From assembly GCA_951406725.2 (NCBI GenBank), contig OX597829.1, forward strand, positions 5,642,001 to 5,706,000: DNA of 64,000 nt, read 5' to 3'. The notes under the pieces were generated by a model. That model ran no database searches, was not told the DNA's origin, and saw nothing but the letters and a program-made list of their open reading frames with translations. Both the position numbers and the translations under genes were made by a program. The DNA comes from Octopus vulgaris. Taxonomy: Eukaryota. Below, one piece after another: positions 61,440 to 64,000 of this stretch (its first letter is position 1; every line of letters begins with the position of its first letter).

Positions 61440-61658
61440 TCACCTTGATCACCTTGATCGACCAGTCCGTCGTCCATTTGACACCGCTGGTCACAGCACG
61501 CTGTCCACTCCTTTCTGGATCGCGCCTTTCTCATCCACGTGATCCCAATCGTCCTCCTGAAATCGTAACTCCACCGTCGTGGAGGCCTTCCGGGTGGTCG
61601 TTTCTGCTCGCGCGGGTACCACTCGACAACTGCGCGGGTCCACCGATTATCAATTCCC
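61440..61658 (-). mobile_element. RTE-clade LINE 3' end
   Basis: DNRWTRAVVEWYPREQKRPPGRPPRRW C-terminus and (GATCAAGGT)2 tail. Confidence 0.85.
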
Positions 61659-62412
61659 TATAAATATATCAATTTCGGAAGAAACATAAATTTTAAATTG
61701 CATAAAACGAGACAAAATCCTGTTCTAAATTTGAAACCAACGTTGAAAAACTACTTAGAATCGGTTGAAAAATTCTGTCCAGCAGCAAATGAGAAAAATA
61801 TTCTTCTAAGTGTTGTAATTGTAATAAAATTATGTTATTTAACTGGGCACTTTTCAAAATGTTGCATGAAAAGCTATTCTCTTTAGATTTACGAAATATT
61901 TACTCTATTTCTAACATTATATTCCTTTTTTGTTTCTACGTTTTTAAAATAACATTCCGAAATCAAATTACTTTACAATAAAACTTTTATTTAGTATTTG
62001 ATTTTTACAGCACTTTTACTAGGCTTTGTAGATTTTAGGTTTCATTTATGGTAAACATCCATAACGTGTAAAATCAGTAGCTTTCATCTGTTACCATCAC
62101 TTCACCTGCTTGATATATTTTTGTGTGTGTTTATGTGTGTGCATGTGTGCGCGCGTATATATATGTGTGTATGCGTGCGTATATATGTGTGTGTGTGTTT
62201 GTGTGGATACATATACACACACATATATATGTATATATATGTACATACATAATATATATATATAAAATAAATTACATATATACATTATATATTATATAAG
62301 GAATAACTTCTTTTTTAGGCATGTGCTAGACAATTTTATCTTTTTATCAAAGTTTTTCTCACATTTTCGAATGTGTACCTGGCAATTTACTTGGAACAGT
62401 AAAGTTACTAAA

Positions 62413-62454
62413 TCCATCAACGTTTCTAGGCCTTAGCCACATCATCAGGATAAA
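62413..62454 (-). ncRNA. Minimal type-I hammerhead ribozyme, canonical core
   Basis: Minus strand TTTATC-CTGATGA-TGTGGC TAAG GCCTA-GAA-ACGT-T-GATGGA. Confidence 0.65.
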
Positions 62455-62639
62455 GTAATTTTGGCGTGCATTAGAAGCCCTAGAATATCTCTGAGATAAA
62501 AAAATCATTACGCACGCAGACGATAAAATTTAAGACTTACTCCAAGGTGAATGTAATAAAAATAGATATTTACACAACAATAAACAAATACTCAACACGA
62601 AACTAATACAAGTTCTGCATGATTTAAAAAAAAAAATAA

Positions 62640-64000
62640 TTACATCAAAATATGTAAAAGTGATAGAAATAATATATTTGTGGTCATGGATAAAGTGGAA
62701 TATATTGCAAAAGTTAATTTATTCAATGACAAAAACTCATTCACAAGGTTTCAGAAAGATAATACTTCCTAATTAAATATTAAACTGAATAAACTAATTA
62801 CAGCGATAAACGCACAAATTGGAGCCGCTTATTTCTCCCTGCATTGAAGAAGAATTCATCCCCATCAGATATCTATGAAACAGAAAAGAAAACAAAAAAC
62901 AAACAAATAAAACAATCTCTTCCGACCCATAATAACTCGAATAAATACTTCAACACGAGATTACTAAACAGCTAGATAACATTATTAAGCAATACTCACC
63001 GGAGAAGTACAGTATGCGGTCACCCAAAGAGTTCCTAGGGATATTAGGAAAAATCCACGAAGTTAGCAACATCTCAGACTTACACGTAGAACGCTTCCTT
63101 ACGAACATTTAAGCTTCAAAAATAATAAAAATCATATTCAGTAATGTAAACGAATATCCAAGAATAAAACTAACCACAATACTAGCTAATAAATTGAAAA
63201 GAAAATAGTTATATTGTACAACAGAAATACTTATTACTTGTTCACAAGGCAAATTCTGTAAACGAAAAGACGACGTGGCCAAGGTCTTTGTTCTTAGGGA
63301 CCACATACACAATTTCACTATATCAGAAAATAATGTGACACAAAAACACAAAATTATGATATACACTAGATACGTGGACGATACATTCGTTGCAACAAAC
63401 TTAACAAAAGATGTTCACGGCTTCTTCATCTTCTGGAAGAGTAAGAATGAAATACCATTCTAAGACAAAAATATTCAGATTAAAAGATAAATATAGATAT
63501 ATCACGTTTGATTAGATCAATGGCACAAATTAATGCGTATGCCTACATGGAGATAGCAAATGACCATTCCTATGAAAAATGTCCGTGTTTCCCCCACAAA
63601 CAAAGCACTGAATAAAGAATTATACAGACTAAATAAGGCGCAAAAAAAACAAAAATCTAACGGACTAACCATAAGATATTACAGGAAGAAGTAGACTGCG
63701 AGAAATACATCAGATATCATACATATGGAATGTACAAAAGGCAGGCATAAAATGATAATATATTAATATAATGTCATGTGAGTATTGCATAGACTAATAT
63801 AAGAAAAATAACTTACAGACAAAACATAAAGTACATTAAAACAACCGATAACTTTAAAGTAATAATTCAAAACTATTATCTACAGCAAACTGCAAACAAG
63901 TTAAGTGAGTTAAAATTTACCAATAAAAAACAATTGCAAAATTGAAAGTTCTTCATGGTTCCATTGCCTATACATATACGACGACCTTACGCCCCTCATC
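62640..64000 (+). mobile_element. Decayed Penelope-like reverse transcriptase
   Basis: VVMDKVEY (~62680), PLPTHN(~62920, LRPI-like), YTRYVDDTF (63275-63463). Confidence 0.65.

Overview
Repeat-saturated eukaryotic DNA with no recognisable host gene; nearly all listed ORFs are microsatellite artefacts. The SINE families and the (CA)n/(TA)n/(TAA)n/(ACAT)n density suggest a cephalopod, probably an octopus (inference). The window holds: many R4/Dong-clade RLE retrotransposon copies in (TAA)n tracts (one near full length, plus a 4-copy tandem array); a ~550-bp non-coding element in the same tracts; a decayed L1/Tx1-like LINE; RTE fragments; two tRNA-derived SINE families; DD37D (maT), hAT-like, Chapaev3-like, Merlin-like and Helitron DNA elements; and several Penelope-like (PLE) remnants (GIY-YIG, RT, terminal repeats). 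The most notable signal is a set of minimal type-I hammerhead ribozyme folds, some next to PLE remnants, whose core 3:8 tertiary pair occurs as C-G, U-A and G-C. The U-A and G-C variants sit in long fold-back inverted repeats. All folds were read by eye and activity is untested.
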